Position numbers and translations under genes: made by a program
In this document: positions 29,345 to 39,500 of the stretch, piece after piece
Numbering within the stretch: position 1 is the stretch's first letter
Layout: every line of letters starts with the position of its first letter
The notes under the pieces: generated by a model
Database searches by the model: none
Told to the model about the DNA's origin: nothing
What the model saw: the letters and a program-made list of their open reading frames with translations, nothing else
Assembly (NCBI GenBank): GCA_963703315.1
Contig: OY969811.1
Span: 3,712,001 to 3,776,000 of the forward strand
DNA length: 64,000 nucleotides
DNA from: an uncultured cyanobacterium
GTDB taxonomy: Bacteria > Cyanobacteriota > Cyanobacteriia > Pseudanabaenales > Pseudanabaenaceae
Direction: 5' to 3'

Positions 29345-32272
29345 ATGAGTTCCCCAGCAGCACTGTCAGCGTCATTAGTACAGATAGTCAATATAGAGAG
29401 CGATCTGCGTGCCGCTAATTCTCGTTTACGATATCGTCTCAAGCTAGTCGAGGATTTGTGGGAATCAGTCCTATTCAGAGAAAGTGGGCAAGAATTAGTC
29501 GATCTATTGCGCCAACTACGCGCCATGTGTTCCCCAGAAGGACAGGCTCCTGAATATCCTGCCCAAGAAGTTTTAAAAGTTGTCGAAAGCCTTGACTTAC
29601 ATCAAGCAACTACCGCCGCCCGCGCCTTTGCTCTGTTTTTTCAATTGATCAACATTGTTGAACAAGACCATGAGCAGGAGCAAACCAGCATTCATCGGAT
29701 TAGCCCTATTAATAGCGAAGCGGAATATCCCGTTGGCACATTTCGTTGGCTATTTCCTGAACTCAAGAAGCTGAATGTGCCACCACGTCAGATCCAAAAG
29801 GTGATCGATAATCTTGATATTCGACTCGTATTTACGGCTCACCCTACGGAAATTGTGCGGCATACTATCCGTGAGAAGCAACGGACGATCGCTAAGATGC
29901 TCAAGGAGCTAGATCGGATTATTGGCTTTAAGGGGGATGAACTCGCCACTCAAGCGATCGCCCTGAACTGGGAAGCCGCCTCATTGCAAGAGCAAATTGC
30001 TGAGGAAATTCGGCTCTGGTGGCGTACTGACGAGCTAAATCAAATCAAGCCCACAGTTCTAGACGAAGCTGACTATACCCTGCACTATTTTGAGGAAGTC
30101 CTATTTGATGCGATTCCTGTGCTTTACGATCGCATCGCTTCTGCAATTTCCGTCACGTTTCCTAAGCTGAAAATGCCGCGCTATGACTTTTGTAAATTTG
30201 GCTCATGGGTCGGCAGCGATCGCGATGGCAACCCTTATGTCACGCCCGAAGTCACATGGCAGACTGCCTGCTATCAGCGCAATCTCGTCCTGAATAAATA
30301 TATTAAGTCCGTTGATCGCCTCAGTCGATTACTATCCCTATCGCAAAGCCTCAGTGATGTTTCTGAAGATCTGCTTAACTCCCTTGGTGACGATCAAATT
30401 CATCTACCTGAAGTCTACGAAAAACATTCGATCAAGTTTCGGCAAGAGCCTTATCGTCTGAAGCTAGCCTATGTCAAGGCGCGTCTCGAAAGTACTCGCG
30501 ATCGCAACCAAAAGTTACGCCATAGTGGTTGGCAAGCCTCCGAAATGGAGCTATCCACTAAGGGACAAGAGCATCAGATCTATACCAATGTTTCGGAATT
30601 TCTGGCTGAGCTAAAACTGATCCAAGCAAGTTTAATCGAAACCAAACTCAATCCTAAGCCCCTTGAAAACCTGATCCGTCAAGTTGATGTCTATGGCTTT
30701 CATCTAGCCCATCTAGATATTCGGCAGGAAAGTACGCAGCATAGCAATACGATCGCCGAAATTGCAGCATCGCTCCAGCTTTTAGATAAACCTTATGATG
30801 ACCTCACTGAACCTGAAAAGGTGGTTTGGTTAACTCAGGAGTTAAAAACACGCCGCCCGATGATTCCTGCCAAGCTCCACTTCAGCCCCAAAACCAACGA
30901 AATTATCGAAACTTTTCGGATGGTGGCGAATGTGCAGCAAGAATTTTCAGTGGCAATTTGCAATAACTACGTGATCAGCATGAACCGTAGTGTCAGCGAT
31001 ATTCTGGAAGTATTACTACTTGCCAAAGAAGCAGGGCTTTACGATCCTGCAACGGGTAAAGGTACTCTCAGCATTGCGCCTTTATTTGAAACGGTGGAAG
31101 ATTTGCAGAGCGCCCCACCGATTATGACGGAGTTATTTGAGTTGCCACTTTATCGTGACTATCTCGAAAGCCATGAACATCTGCAAGAGGTGATGCTGGG
31201 ATATTCTGATAGCAATAAGGATTCGGGCTTTTTAAGCAGCAATTGGGAAATTTATAAAGCTCAGCGTGCCTTGCAAGATGTTTGTCAAAAATATCAAGTC
31301 GATCTGCGGATGTTTCATGGACGCGGTGGATCGGTCGGACGCGGTGGTGGTCCTACTTATGAAGCAATCTTGGCACAACCCGGACGGAGCATTGAAGGGC
31401 GCATCAAAATTACGGAACAGGGGGAAGTACTTGCTTCTAAGTATTCTTTGCCTGAGATTGCGCTGTACAACCTTGAGACGATTACCACTGCTGTCATCCA
31501 AGCAGCGCTATTACCTAGTAGTACCGATACGCTCGACTGTTGGTTAGATACGATGGAAAACATTTCCACGCGATCGCGCCAAGTTTATCGTCAGTTAATT
31601 TACGAGCAACCCAATTTGGTGGAATTTTTTCATCAAGTCACGCCGATTGAAGAAATCAGTCAGTTACAAATTAGCTCCCGTCCTGCCCGCCGTGCAGGAA
31701 AACGCGATCTAGCAAGCTTAAGGGCAATTCCTTGGGTCTTTAGCTGGACACAGAGCCGATTTTTATTGCCATCTTGGTATGGCATCGGTGCAGCCCTTGA
31801 AGAGTTTCTCCAAGAAAATCCTGCTGGTCATTTATCATTGCTGCAATATTTCTACAGCAAGTGGCCATTCTTTAAAACGGTGATCTCGCGGGTAGAGATG
31901 ACGATCGCTAAGACCGACTTGCAGATCGCGCATCATTATATGCGGGAGTTGACTAAAGAGGGCTATGAAGAAGCTTTTGTGGATATTTTTGCGGAAATTC
32001 TGGATGAATATCAACGGACTCGGAGGGTGATTCAATCAATTACAGGTCAAAAACAAGTCCTTGATAGCGATCGTGATTTACAGCGATCAGTACAGCTACG
32101 CAATGGGTCGATCGTTCCCCTTGGATTCATTCAAGCCTCGCTGCTGAAGCGGTTACGCCAGCACCGTCCTGATACTGTCGATCTGCGATCGCGCTATTCC
32201 AAAAATGAACTCTTGCGCGGTGCATTACTAACGATTAACGGTATTGCCGCAGGGATGAGAAATACGGGCTAG
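29345..32272 (+). CDS. ppc: Phosphoenolpyruvate carboxylase
   Basis: [65 protein letters not shown]. Confidence 0.98.
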   Translation: MSSPAALSASLVQIVNIESDLRAANSRLRYRLKLVEDLWESVLFRESGQELVDLLRQLRAMCSPEGQAPEYPAQEVLKVVESLDLHQATTAARAFALFFQLINIVEQDHEQEQTSIHRISPINSEAEYPVGTFRWLFPELKKLNVPPRQIQKVIDNLDIRLVFTAHPTEIVRHTIREKQRTIAKMLKELDRIIGFKGDELATQAIALNWEAASLQEQIAEEIRLWWRTDELNQIKPTVLDEADYTLHYFEEVLFDAIPVLYDRIASAISVTFPKLKMPRYDFCKFGSWVGSDRDGNPYVTPEVTWQTACYQRNLVLNKYIKSVDRLSRLLSLSQSLSDVSEDLLNSLGDDQIHLPEVYEKHSIKFRQEPYRLKLAYVKARLESTRDRNQKLRHSGWQASEMELSTKGQEHQIYTNVSEFLAELKLIQASLIETKLNPKPLENLIRQVDVYGFHLAHLDIRQESTQHSNTIAEIAASLQLLDKPYDDLTEPEKVVWLTQELKTRRPMIPAKLHFSPKTNEIIETFRMVANVQQEFSVAICNNYVISMNRSVSDILEVLLLAKEAGLYDPATGKGTLSIAPLFETVEDLQSAPPIMTELFELPLYRDYLESHEHLQEVMLGYSDSNKDSGFLSSNWEIYKAQRALQDVCQKYQVDLRMFHGRGGSVGRGGGPTYEAILAQPGRSIEGRIKITEQGEVLASKYSLPEIALYNLETITTAVIQAALLPSSTDTLDCWLDTMENISTRSRQVYRQLIYEQPNLVEFFHQVTPIEEISQLQISSRPARRAGKRDLASLRAIPWVFSWTQSRFLLPSWYGIGAALEEFLQENPAGHLSLLQYFYSKWPFFKTVISRVEMTIAKTDLQIAHHYMRELTKEGYEEAFVDIFAEILDEYQRTRRVIQSITGQKQVLDSDRDLQRSVQLRNGSIVPLGFIQASLLKRLRQHRPDTVDLRSRYSKNELLRGALLTINGIAAGMRNTG

Positions 32273-32371
32273 CCCTAGAAAGCACCCTAAAGGTGCTTTC
32301 TATTTAGAACGCAAAGCGTTATACATCCATGTTACGATTTTGGACAAACTGAGTGTGTTTATTGAGCGTGT

Positions 32372-33430
32372 GTGAGGAATATGAGCCCCAATCGTAATTT
32401 CCACGATCCCATTCGGGTTGGTGTTATAGGTATCGGTAATATGGGGCAGCATCATGCAAGAGTACTCAGCTTGCTTAAGGATGCAGAATTAGTTGGCGTT
32501 TCTGACGTGAACTTAGAGCGTGGACGCGATACGGCTAGTAAACACCGCGTACTTTTTTTTGAGGATTATCACGAGCTTTTACCCCTAGTTGATGCCGTCT
32601 GTATCGCTGTTCCCACCCGCTTACATTACGATGTGGGGACGACTTGCCTCAAGGCTGGCGTTAATGTCCTGATTGAAAAGCCGATCGCCGCCACCATCGA
32701 AGAAGCCGAATCGCTCGTTAAAACTGCTACCGAACATAATCGCATTCTCCAAGTTGGGCATATTGAACGTTTCAACCCCGCTTTCCAAGAATTAAGCAAA
32801 GTTTTAAAGCATGAGACGATTTTGGCGATCGAAGCCGATCGCATGAGTCCTTACTCACAACGGGCTAACGATGTGTCGGTTGTGTTTGATCTCATGATTC
32901 ACGATATTGATCTAATCCTTGAACTAGTCCCCTCAGCGATCGTGCAAGTTTCAGCTCATGGCAATCGCGTTTCGCCAGAATCTAGCTATCTCGACTATGT
33001 GACTGCCACCATTGGCTTTGAAAATGGCGTAATTGCCACGCTGACTGCTAGCAAAGTTACCCATCGTAAAAAACGCAAAATTACTGCTCATTGCAAAAAC
33101 TCGCTTACAGAGTCAGATTTTCTAAATAACGAAATTTTAATCCATCGTCAAACCACTGCCAATTGGACTACTGATTACGGTCAGGTGCTATATCGTCAAG
33201 ATGGCTTTATCGAAAAAGTCTATACCAGCAATATTGAGCCGCTTCACGCGGAGCTAGAGCATTTTGTATCCTGTGTGCGCGACAAAGCCCAACCTTCAGT
33301 CGGCGGTGACCAAGCCCTAAAAACTTTGCGTCTTGCAAGTCTGATCGAACAAACAGCGATCGATGGTCAAGTCTGGCGCAGTTGCGATTTGCAATTACGT
33401 GAAATAGCTACAGCAGGGAGCTACCTTTAA
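32372..33430 (+). CDS. Gfo/Idh/MocA-family oxidoreductase
   Basis: VGVIGIGNMG, LIEKPIA, VGHIERFNP, DLMIHDID. Confidence 0.93.
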   Translation: MRNMSPNRNFHDPIRVGVIGIGNMGQHHARVLSLLKDAELVGVSDVNLERGRDTASKHRVLFFEDYHELLPLVDAVCIAVPTRLHYDVGTTCLKAGVNVLIEKPIAATIEEAESLVKTATEHNRILQVGHIERFNPAFQELSKVLKHETILAIEADRMSPYSQRANDVSVVFDLMIHDIDLILELVPSAIVQVSAHGNRVSPESSYLDYVTATIGFENGVIATLTASKVTHRKKRKITAHCKNSLTESDFLNNEILIHRQTTANWTTDYGQVLYRQDGFIEKVYTSNIEPLHAELEHFVSCVRDKAQPSVGGDQALKTLRLASLIEQTAIDGQVWRSCDLQLREIATAGSYL

Positions 33431-33465
33431 TACCTATTTTGGGGTGAACTCGATTGGTAGATTCA

Positions 33466-33753
33466 CTAATCACCCGAATGAGTAGATGAGACGAGAGATC
33501 GATGCTCACCAGAGATAACCGTTGTACTTAGTAGATGGTGTAAGGCTATCCCATCATCGAGTTCGTCCCACCATATTCCATAACCATCGGATTCAATACT
33601 AAAATTTTGTTGTTGTTCTTCAGCAGCTTGTTTAAGCCATTTCATATTCGTACAGGGAAATATGATAATTCTTCCATCGTTTAGAAAAACTGTAAGTAAG
33701 TCGTTGTGAAAGCAGGCATTCACAATTTTCGTGTTAAGAAAATAATTCATCAT
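33466..33753 (-). CDS. DUF2442-family protein (start uncertain)
   Basis: LTVFLNDGRII.FP....WL..A..EQ..NF.I...GYGIWWDELDDGI.L..LL. Confidence 0.8.
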   Translation of the reverse strand: MMNYFLNTKIVNACFHNDLLTVFLNDGRIIIFPCTNMKWLKQAAEEQQQNFSIESDGYGIWWDELDDGIALHHLLSTTVISGEHRSLVSSTHSGD

Positions 33754-33929
33754 GAATGTGTGGCGGTTCGCCGTGATCGCTTGAATAAAACTGAAATTTG
33801 AAGCCATTAACGATTTTTGATGGCACTGCGATTTATGCCTCAATTAGATTTTATCTTTGCTAATTATACGAATACTTGTAATTATCTCTAAATCTGACGA
33901 TAATGTGATAGTCCGCAAGTTTTAGCAAT

Positions 33930-34967
33930 ATGAACGATCCCTTAGCTGAAAAAATTGGTATTAACGTTCAGGGCGGTACTGTGAATGTGCAGAACCTTAA
34001 TATTGGGATTGCAGAAAGGTTAGAGAAATCAGGAGATGGCGTCAGAATTTTAGTAGTAGCAGCTAATCCTTTGGGATCGTCGCCTCTGAAGCTAGATCAT
34101 GAGGTGAAAACCATCCAAGAGGCGTTAAGGCGATCGCGCAAACGTGATAATTTTGTGGTGGAATATCGACTGGCGGCTACTCCTTCAGAATTGCGCCGTG
34201 CTTTGTTGGATTTGGAACCGCACGTTTTGCATTTTAGTGGTCATGGTGCGGGAGAGCAGGGTTTACTGTTTGTAAGTGATGAGTCGGCAGGGGCGATCTA
34301 TCGTTCGGATAGTGGCGAGGTGCGATCGCGTTCCACTAATACTAATGAAATTAAATTTGTTCCCGCACAACCACTGGCGAATTTATTGCAGCTTTGCGAT
34401 GAACATTTGGAATGTGTGGTTTTGAATGCTTGTTATTCGGATGTGCAGGGCAATGCGATATCTGCAAATATTCCGTTCACGATTGGGGTGCGCGATGTGG
34501 TTGAGGATAATGTGGCAATTAAGTTTTCGCAGGGGTTTTATGATGCGATCGGCGTGGGGAAGGGTTATGAAAGTGCTTTTAAATGGGGGAAGGTGGCGAT
34601 CGAGTTCGATCTGGCAGACGATGAAGCTGCTAAAATTTTAGTTTTAAGGAAAAATGAAAAAACAACAATGACATCTCCGCAATCTCAAGACAATCCGTCT
34701 ATTAAACAATCTGCCCTAGAAAATGTGACGGCTGGCGGCAATATTAATGTCACTATTCATCAGGCGGTTTCTGCCCAATCTACTAAGCAAAATACAAGTA
34801 GCAACATACGACAACAGATGCAACAACGACAGATTGAATCACTCAAAGCTGAAATCGAAGCGATTAGCAACCAGTGGAAATCTGCGCTCAGTGATGAACA
34901 GCGTTTACAATTACAAAGACGTATCGACCAAAAATTTAAGCAATTGGGGGAACTAGAAAATGTCTGA
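33930..34967 (+). CDS. CHAT (caspase-like) protease with a C-terminal helical adaptor domain (EAD9-like)
   Basis: ILVVAANP, L.LDHEV..I, VLHFSGHG (His), VVLNACYS (Cys), FSQGFYDA; C-terminal NQWKSALSDEQR coiled segment. Confidence 0.9.
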   Translation: MNDPLAEKIGINVQGGTVNVQNLNIGIAERLEKSGDGVRILVVAANPLGSSPLKLDHEVKTIQEALRRSRKRDNFVVEYRLAATPSELRRALLDLEPHVLHFSGHGAGEQGLLFVSDESAGAIYRSDSGEVRSRSTNTNEIKFVPAQPLANLLQLCDEHLECVVLNACYSDVQGNAISANIPFTIGVRDVVEDNVAIKFSQGFYDAIGVGKGYESAFKWGKVAIEFDLADDEAAKILVLRKNEKTTMTSPQSQDNPSIKQSALENVTAGGNINVTIHQAVSAQSTKQNTSSNIRQQMQQRQIESLKAEIEAISNQWKSALSDEQRLQLQRRIDQKFKQLGELENV

Positions 34968-36240
34968 TCAAAGACGCGAATCCCATGAAATGCTAATCAA
35001 AGCGCTGCAAGAAGAAATACAGATAGCTCAGAATCAGTGGAAATCAGAGACGAGTGATGAACAGCGCGAAAAACTTCTACTCAGAATAAAACAAAAACAT
35101 GACCAGATAAGCGTTTTGAAGGTTAATGGCAATAACAATCAGCAAGAACAGAAAAGTAGTCCTCAAAATCTAGTAGCGCGAAATCCTGCCATTGAAGAAG
35201 AAAAACTTGGGTCTGGCAATGTCAAAAAACAACCATTTATCCAAACAACAAATATTAAACGCTCTTTTAACAACTTATTGAAAATTGTATTTCTGACTGT
35301 TGTTACGGTTGGTGGTATTACTTATTTCTGGCAAAGTTCAAAATTTAAATCTTCTGAACTACCATATACACCTCCTGTCACTTCTGCTCCAATTCCTAAT
35401 CCTTCTTCAGTCAGTCAAGTCAGTCCCACTCCAAGCAGTAGTCCCACACTCTCCCCCACTTCTACTCCAATTACCAATCCAAGTCAAGTCAGTCCCACTC
35501 CAAGCATTAGCCTCACACCCTCCCCCGTTTCTACTCCAATCCCTAATCTTTCTATAAATTTTGAGAAGAAAGGGCGGGACAAAGCAGCTAAAGGAGATCT
35601 GCCTGGGGCGATCACCAATCATACAGAAGCCATTAGACTAAACCCAAACTATGCTGCTGCTTATAACAGTCGTGCATGGGCAAAATACCTACAAGGTGAT
35701 TTTCAGGAAGGATTAGTTGATGTTGATAAATCTCTTCTACTCGATTCAACAAATGCCAACGCTCAACATACCCGTGGGGCAATACTATTAGAACTTAATC
35801 GTTTTCAAGAAGCTATCGAATCTTTTAACTTTGCGATTAATCTTAATGGACAGTCTGCTATAGCATACCTAGATCGTGGTTTAGCTAAAGCTGAATTGGG
35901 ATACATTCAGGAAGCGATCAGCGACTACGACGAATCTATACGACTTAAACCTGACTATTCGCCTGCTTACAATAATCGCGGATTTGCCAAAGCAATGTTA
36001 GGAGACAATCAAGCAGCGATCATAGACTATACCAAAGCCATTGAAATAAATGCGAATTGGAGAACGAATAAGGGAAGATTACCCAATGTCTATTACAATC
36101 GTGGAAATGCTAACGCTGCATTAAGAAACCCACTTGGAGCATTAGCAGATTTCAGAGAAGCGTCTCGCCTTTTTCAGCAGCAAGGGAATACTGAATGGTA
36201 TAACAAATCTCGCGATAGGATTAAAGAACTAGGAGGATGA
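34960..36240 (+). CDS. Membrane-anchored TPR protein with an N-terminal helical adaptor domain (EAD9-like)
   Basis: N-terminal NQWKSETSDEQR segment; TM LLKIVFLTVVTVGGITYFW; Pro/Ser/Thr stalk; TPRs (AYNSRA, AYLDRG, AYNNRG, YYNRG); 8-bp overlap with the CHAT gene. Confidence 0.9.
   Translation: MSDQRRESHEMLIKALQEEIQIAQNQWKSETSDEQREKLLLRIKQKHDQISVLKVNGNNNQQEQKSSPQNLVARNPAIEEEKLGSGNVKKQPFIQTTNIKRSFNNLLKIVFLTVVTVGGITYFWQSSKFKSSELPYTPPVTSAPIPNPSSVSQVSPTPSSSPTLSPTSTPITNPSQVSPTPSISLTPSPVSTPIPNLSINFEKKGRDKAAKGDLPGAITNHTEAIRLNPNYAAAYNSRAWAKYLQGDFQEGLVDVDKSLLLDSTNANAQHTRGAILLELNRFQEAIESFNFAINLNGQSAIAYLDRGLAKAELGYIQEAISDYDESIRLKPDYSPAYNNRGFAKAMLGDNQAAIIDYTKAIEINANWRTNKGRLPNVYYNRGNANAALRNPLGALADFREASRLFQQQGNTEWYNKSRDRIKELGG
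35413..35506 (+). repeat. Internal duplication in the Pro/Ser/Thr stalk
   Basis: AGTCAAGTCAGTCCCACTCCAAGCA at 35413-35437 and 35482-35506 (69-bp period). Confidence 0.85.
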
Positions 36241-36299
36241 GGTCTGAGGCGATGGAATATAATGTTAAGTCCCAAGCAATAAGGCAATGGAGGTAAATT

Positions 36300-36557
36300 A
36301 TGAGTCCCTTATTAACTAAAGTTTTAGCCGCCGCAACTCAACTCAACCCCCAAGAGCAACTACAACTAGTTTCACATCTGGTAAATATTTGGCAGCAATC
36401 ACCACACCTCAATGAAATATCTAATCAAATATCTACCGATAAAACCACTAAAAGCCCAACATTAAGCCGCAAACATCTTTTTGGCTGTATGAAAGGCAAA
36501 ATAAAAATGGCTCCAGATTTCGATGCTCCCCTTGCTGATTTTGCTGAATATATGTGA
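36300..36557 (+). CDS. VapB-like antitoxin (DUF2281-like)
   Basis: C-terminal FGCMKGKIKMAPDFDAPLADFAEYM; overlaps the PIN gene. Confidence 0.88.
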   Translation: MSPLLTKVLAAATQLNPQEQLQLVSHLVNIWQQSPHLNEISNQISTDKTTKSPTLSRKHLFGCMKGKIKMAPDFDAPLADFAEYM

Positions 36558-36949
36558 TGAAATTATTACTGGATACTCATATTTTGATTTGGTTGTTAGA
36601 GGGCAATCAAAACCTTAGCCCTAGAGTCAGACAGGTAATAGAAGATGAAACCAATGCCCTGTATCTTAGCATAGTAAGCTTATGGGAAATTGCGATCAAG
36701 ACCAGCCTTAGCAAACTCCAATTAGAAACTCCACTAGAAAAAATTATCTGTGATTTTGTGTTGCCTAGTGGAATCAAGATTTTACCAATTGATATTGCAC
36801 ATTTACTAACACTACAAAACCTACCATTTCACCATCGCGATCCATTTGATCGCCTATTAATTGCTCAAGCAAAATCAGAAACTTTAATCTTAGTTTCTGA
36901 AGATCGCGTCTTTCGTCAATATCAGGTAAATGTACTCGGACAGAAGTAA
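36554..36949 (+). CDS. VapC PIN-domain toxin
   Basis: LLLDTHILIW, SIVSLWEIAIK, HHRDPFDRLLIAQA. Confidence 0.93.
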   Translation: MMKLLLDTHILIWLLEGNQNLSPRVRQVIEDETNALYLSIVSLWEIAIKTSLSKLQLETPLEKIICDFVLPSGIKILPIDIAHLLTLQNLPFHHRDPFDRLLIAQAKSETLILVSEDRVFRQYQVNVLGQK

Positions 36950-36955
36950 ACCTTA

Positions 36956-37071
36956 TATAGCAAAAAAAGTTGTGCTTAGGACACAAAACCCAAGAAGCGA
37001 GTTGCGGCGCTCCGCGCCGCAACTCGCTTCTTGGGTTTTAGTTTGTACTAACCAACTCTTGCTTTGCTATA
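36956..37071. mobile_element. MITE-like element, TATAGC...GCTATA family (divergent copy)
   Basis: TATAGCAAA/TTTGCTATA ends; AAAACCCAAGAAGCGAGTTGCGGCGC-TCC-GCGCCGCAACTCGCTTCTTGGGTTTT. Confidence 0.8.
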
Positions 37072-37076
37072 TAAGT

Positions 37077-37200
37077 ATGTGGCGGCAAGAGCGTCGAGAT
37101 CTTGACGACAGCACAGTATGGGTACGCAATATTCGAGAAAATGAGTGGTCAAAAGGTAATGACGAATCTCACAATCATTGATACAGATATCTTGATATAG
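37077..37200 (+). pseudogene. Remnant of a second VapBC module
   Basis: MW...DLDDSTVWVRNIRENEW resembles an antitoxin C-terminus; overlapping ATG 37159 gives MTNLTIIDTDILI*, a PIN N-terminal motif. Confidence 0.6.
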
Positions 37201-37412
37201 AAAAATAGATCTAGTAATTAGGTCAATTTGAGCAAGTTGCTTGGATATCCCTCACCCGTTAGCATGATTCTCTAAGGACAGAAACCATTCAAAAAGCCAG
37301 AAACCCACTCAGTGAGTGGGTTTCTGGCTTTTTGATCCTTCGGGAACTCTGGGAACAATGCCAATTCTCTCCAGTCAAAAGAGTCATGTTTAGCAGGAAA
37401 TCAAACAAGCTC

Positions 37413-37913
37413 ATGAAATCTCTTACCAAAATCTCTCTAGGAATCGCGATCGCTACTTCTGTTATTACCTCTTTTAGTGCGATCGCCTCAGCCGAAGAAG
37501 TCAAGACCCCTGGAAGCTATATTGGCGCAGGTGCTTCTCTCCAAAGTTTTGCTACAAACCCTTCTAATGTTGGCGCAAACATAGCTGGTCGCTACAAATT
37601 TGATGATGCACCTGTTTCGATTAGAAGTTCGGTTCTATTTGGTAATGGTGGTACTTCCGTTGTTCCTACCGTTTCCTATGACTTACCAGTAGGCGATCGC
37701 GCCAACGTTTATCTTGGTGCTGGAGCATCAATTAAAGTTGGTGGCGACAATAGCTTGACAGGTAATCAAACCGCTTTCGCTTTACAACCTGGCGCAGAAG
37801 TTAGTCTTACCAAGAATGTTCTCCTTTATGGCAACGCGGTAATTCCCTTCAACGGTCAAACTAATGGCTCCGCAGGTACTTCCCTCCAAGCAGGTGTTGG
37901 CTTGCAGTTCTAA
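37413..37913 (+). CDS. Outer-membrane beta-barrel protein
   Basis: Signal peptide ending ASA, SYIGAG, alternating beta strands, terminal GVGLQF; ATG 37413 preferred over TTG 37332. Confidence 0.8.
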   Translation: MKSLTKISLGIAIATSVITSFSAIASAEEVKTPGSYIGAGASLQSFATNPSNVGANIAGRYKFDDAPVSIRSSVLFGNGGTSVVPTVSYDLPVGDRANVYLGAGASIKVGGDNSLTGNQTAFALQPGAEVSLTKNVLLYGNAVIPFNGQTNGSAGTSLQAGVGLQF

Positions 37914-38017
37914 AAAATAATTCCACAAAGAGCAATGCTCTTTGTGGAATTTAAAAACCTTAATTGGTTTGATTTCCAATTCCCTGAAGTGTTCTTACAT
38001 TTCAGGGAATTGGCATA

Positions 38018-38368
38018 TTAAGCTTCCCAAAAACTACAGCCTTGGCAAGGTCCATCAGGATTTACGGCACAACGAATTATTTCTGAACAAGCATTATATC
38101 GACAACTACTATCCCCAATAATTAAACGCCCATTTACTAAACTTCTTTCCAAATTTTCAGGGGCGATCTGAACATATACTAAAATGCTAAATAAGTTATA
38201 TTTTCCTCCACGTAACTGATAGCGATGACGGCGCTCTAAAATTGTGTAGGTTTTGCCTTCTACATCAATATAGTTACCAGGTTGAGGCATCCAATCTAGA
38301 TATATTTTACCCAAAGTGCTTTCAGGATGAAGAGTCCGCACTTCTGTTGGCACTGTCGGTATTTCCAT
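38018..38368 (-). CDS. DUF6464-like Cys-rich conserved cyanobacterial protein (start uncertain)
   Basis: LDWMPQPG, ILERRHRYQL, IGD.SCRYNA.SE.IRCAVNP.GPC..C. Confidence 0.8.
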   Translation of the reverse strand: MEIPTVPTEVRTLHPESTLGKIYLDWMPQPGNYIDVEGKTYTILERRHRYQLRGGKYNLFSILVYVQIAPENLERSLVNGRLIIGDSSCRYNACSEIIRCAVNPDGPCQGCSFWEA

Positions 38369-38483
38369 AGAGTTTTGAAAGTTGGGTGGTTTAATTGCAA
38401 AAATGTTGTGATCGCCTGATTTTGATGCGTAATAGGTGTATTTCATCATAGACTGATTTTAGCTATCCCACCCGCAACTCTGT

Positions 38484-39500
38484 ATGTACCGTAAACGATT
38501 AGTAGCGATCGCCATCTTTATATTGACATTGGTGACATTAATCTTCTTGGCAGAACCAGCTAGAACTAAGGTCATCGCCGATGTCAAGCCGACAGGGACT
38601 CAAGTCAACCCAAAAAACACTAAAAAAATCGCCCAAAATCAAAATCTTAATTTCTCAGCAGCAGTAAATCAGGTTGCTCCAGTATTAGGTTGTGAAATCC
38701 AGCCCCCAGCCAATCCCCCCGATCCATCATTACCCGCAACACTTACTTCTGTTTCCATCACCTTAGATCGGTTTCGCAAACCCTCAATTTCCTCTACATC
38801 TAATATTAATTCTTCTCAAAAAGCGATCGCCTATACCCCTAAAGAAATGATTGCTTTGGCGGCGGCTTCTAACTATGGCGATCGCTATTTCAAGGATTTA
38901 TTTGGTAAACCAGCTAATAGTCAGCCGATTATCGTCCTCCATGAAACAGTCGGATCGGCAAATGGTGTGATTAACTTTTTTCAAGAGTTCCAAACTGATG
39001 AAGATAACCAAGCTAGCTACCATACCTTAATTGCTCTTGATGGAACAATTATCTACTTTGTGCCACCAGATAAACGTGCTTTTGGAGCAGGAAACTCTGT
39101 CTTTGTAAGTTCTTTAGGCAAAGAAGCAGTACAGACAAATCCTCGATATTCCAGTTCTGTCAATAATTTTGCCTATCACATTGCCCTCGAAACTCCTGCG
39201 GATGGAATACATAATGGCTATACCCATAGCGGATATACAGAAGCCCAATATCAATCCTTAGCATGGTTAGTTGCCAAAACAAATGTACCTCTAGAACGGA
39301 TTACCACTCATAGATCGGTAGACCTTTCTGGTTCTCGCATTGATCCACGTAGTTTCGATAAAAATCTCTTCCAAAAGCTACTGAGTGAATATCCTCGAAC
39401 CAATGAAATTATGATTGGTTGTCCATCAACTGTGCCAGATGCCAATGCGCCAACTTCCAAAAAAGTTTTACCAAAGAGTAAGCGATCGCCGTCAAACTAA
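38484..39500 (+). CDS. N-acetylmuramoyl-L-alanine amidase (Amidase_2 type)
   Basis: IIVLHET, ASYH.LI..DG.I, RAFGAG, YT.AQY.SLAWL, ITTH...D...R.DP; N-terminal signal or anchor. Confidence 0.88.
   Translation: MYRKRLVAIAIFILTLVTLIFLAEPARTKVIADVKPTGTQVNPKNTKKIAQNQNLNFSAAVNQVAPVLGCEIQPPANPPDPSLPATLTSVSITLDRFRKPSISSTSNINSSQKAIAYTPKEMIALAAASNYGDRYFKDLFGKPANSQPIIVLHETVGSANGVINFFQEFQTDEDNQASYHTLIALDGTIIYFVPPDKRAFGAGNSVFVSSLGKEAVQTNPRYSSSVNNFAYHIALETPADGIHNGYTHSGYTEAQYQSLAWLVAKTNVPLERITTHRSVDLSGSRIDPRSFDKNLFQKLLSEYPRTNEIMIGCPSTVPDANAPTSKKVLPKSKRSPSN

Noticed and set aside
36930..37181. 83-aa ORF, and similar ORFs at 27230-27451, 36774-37022, 44280-44519 and 48280-48561
   Set aside because: They read through palindromic repeat elements and give recurring ELRR..PQL peptides; not credible genes
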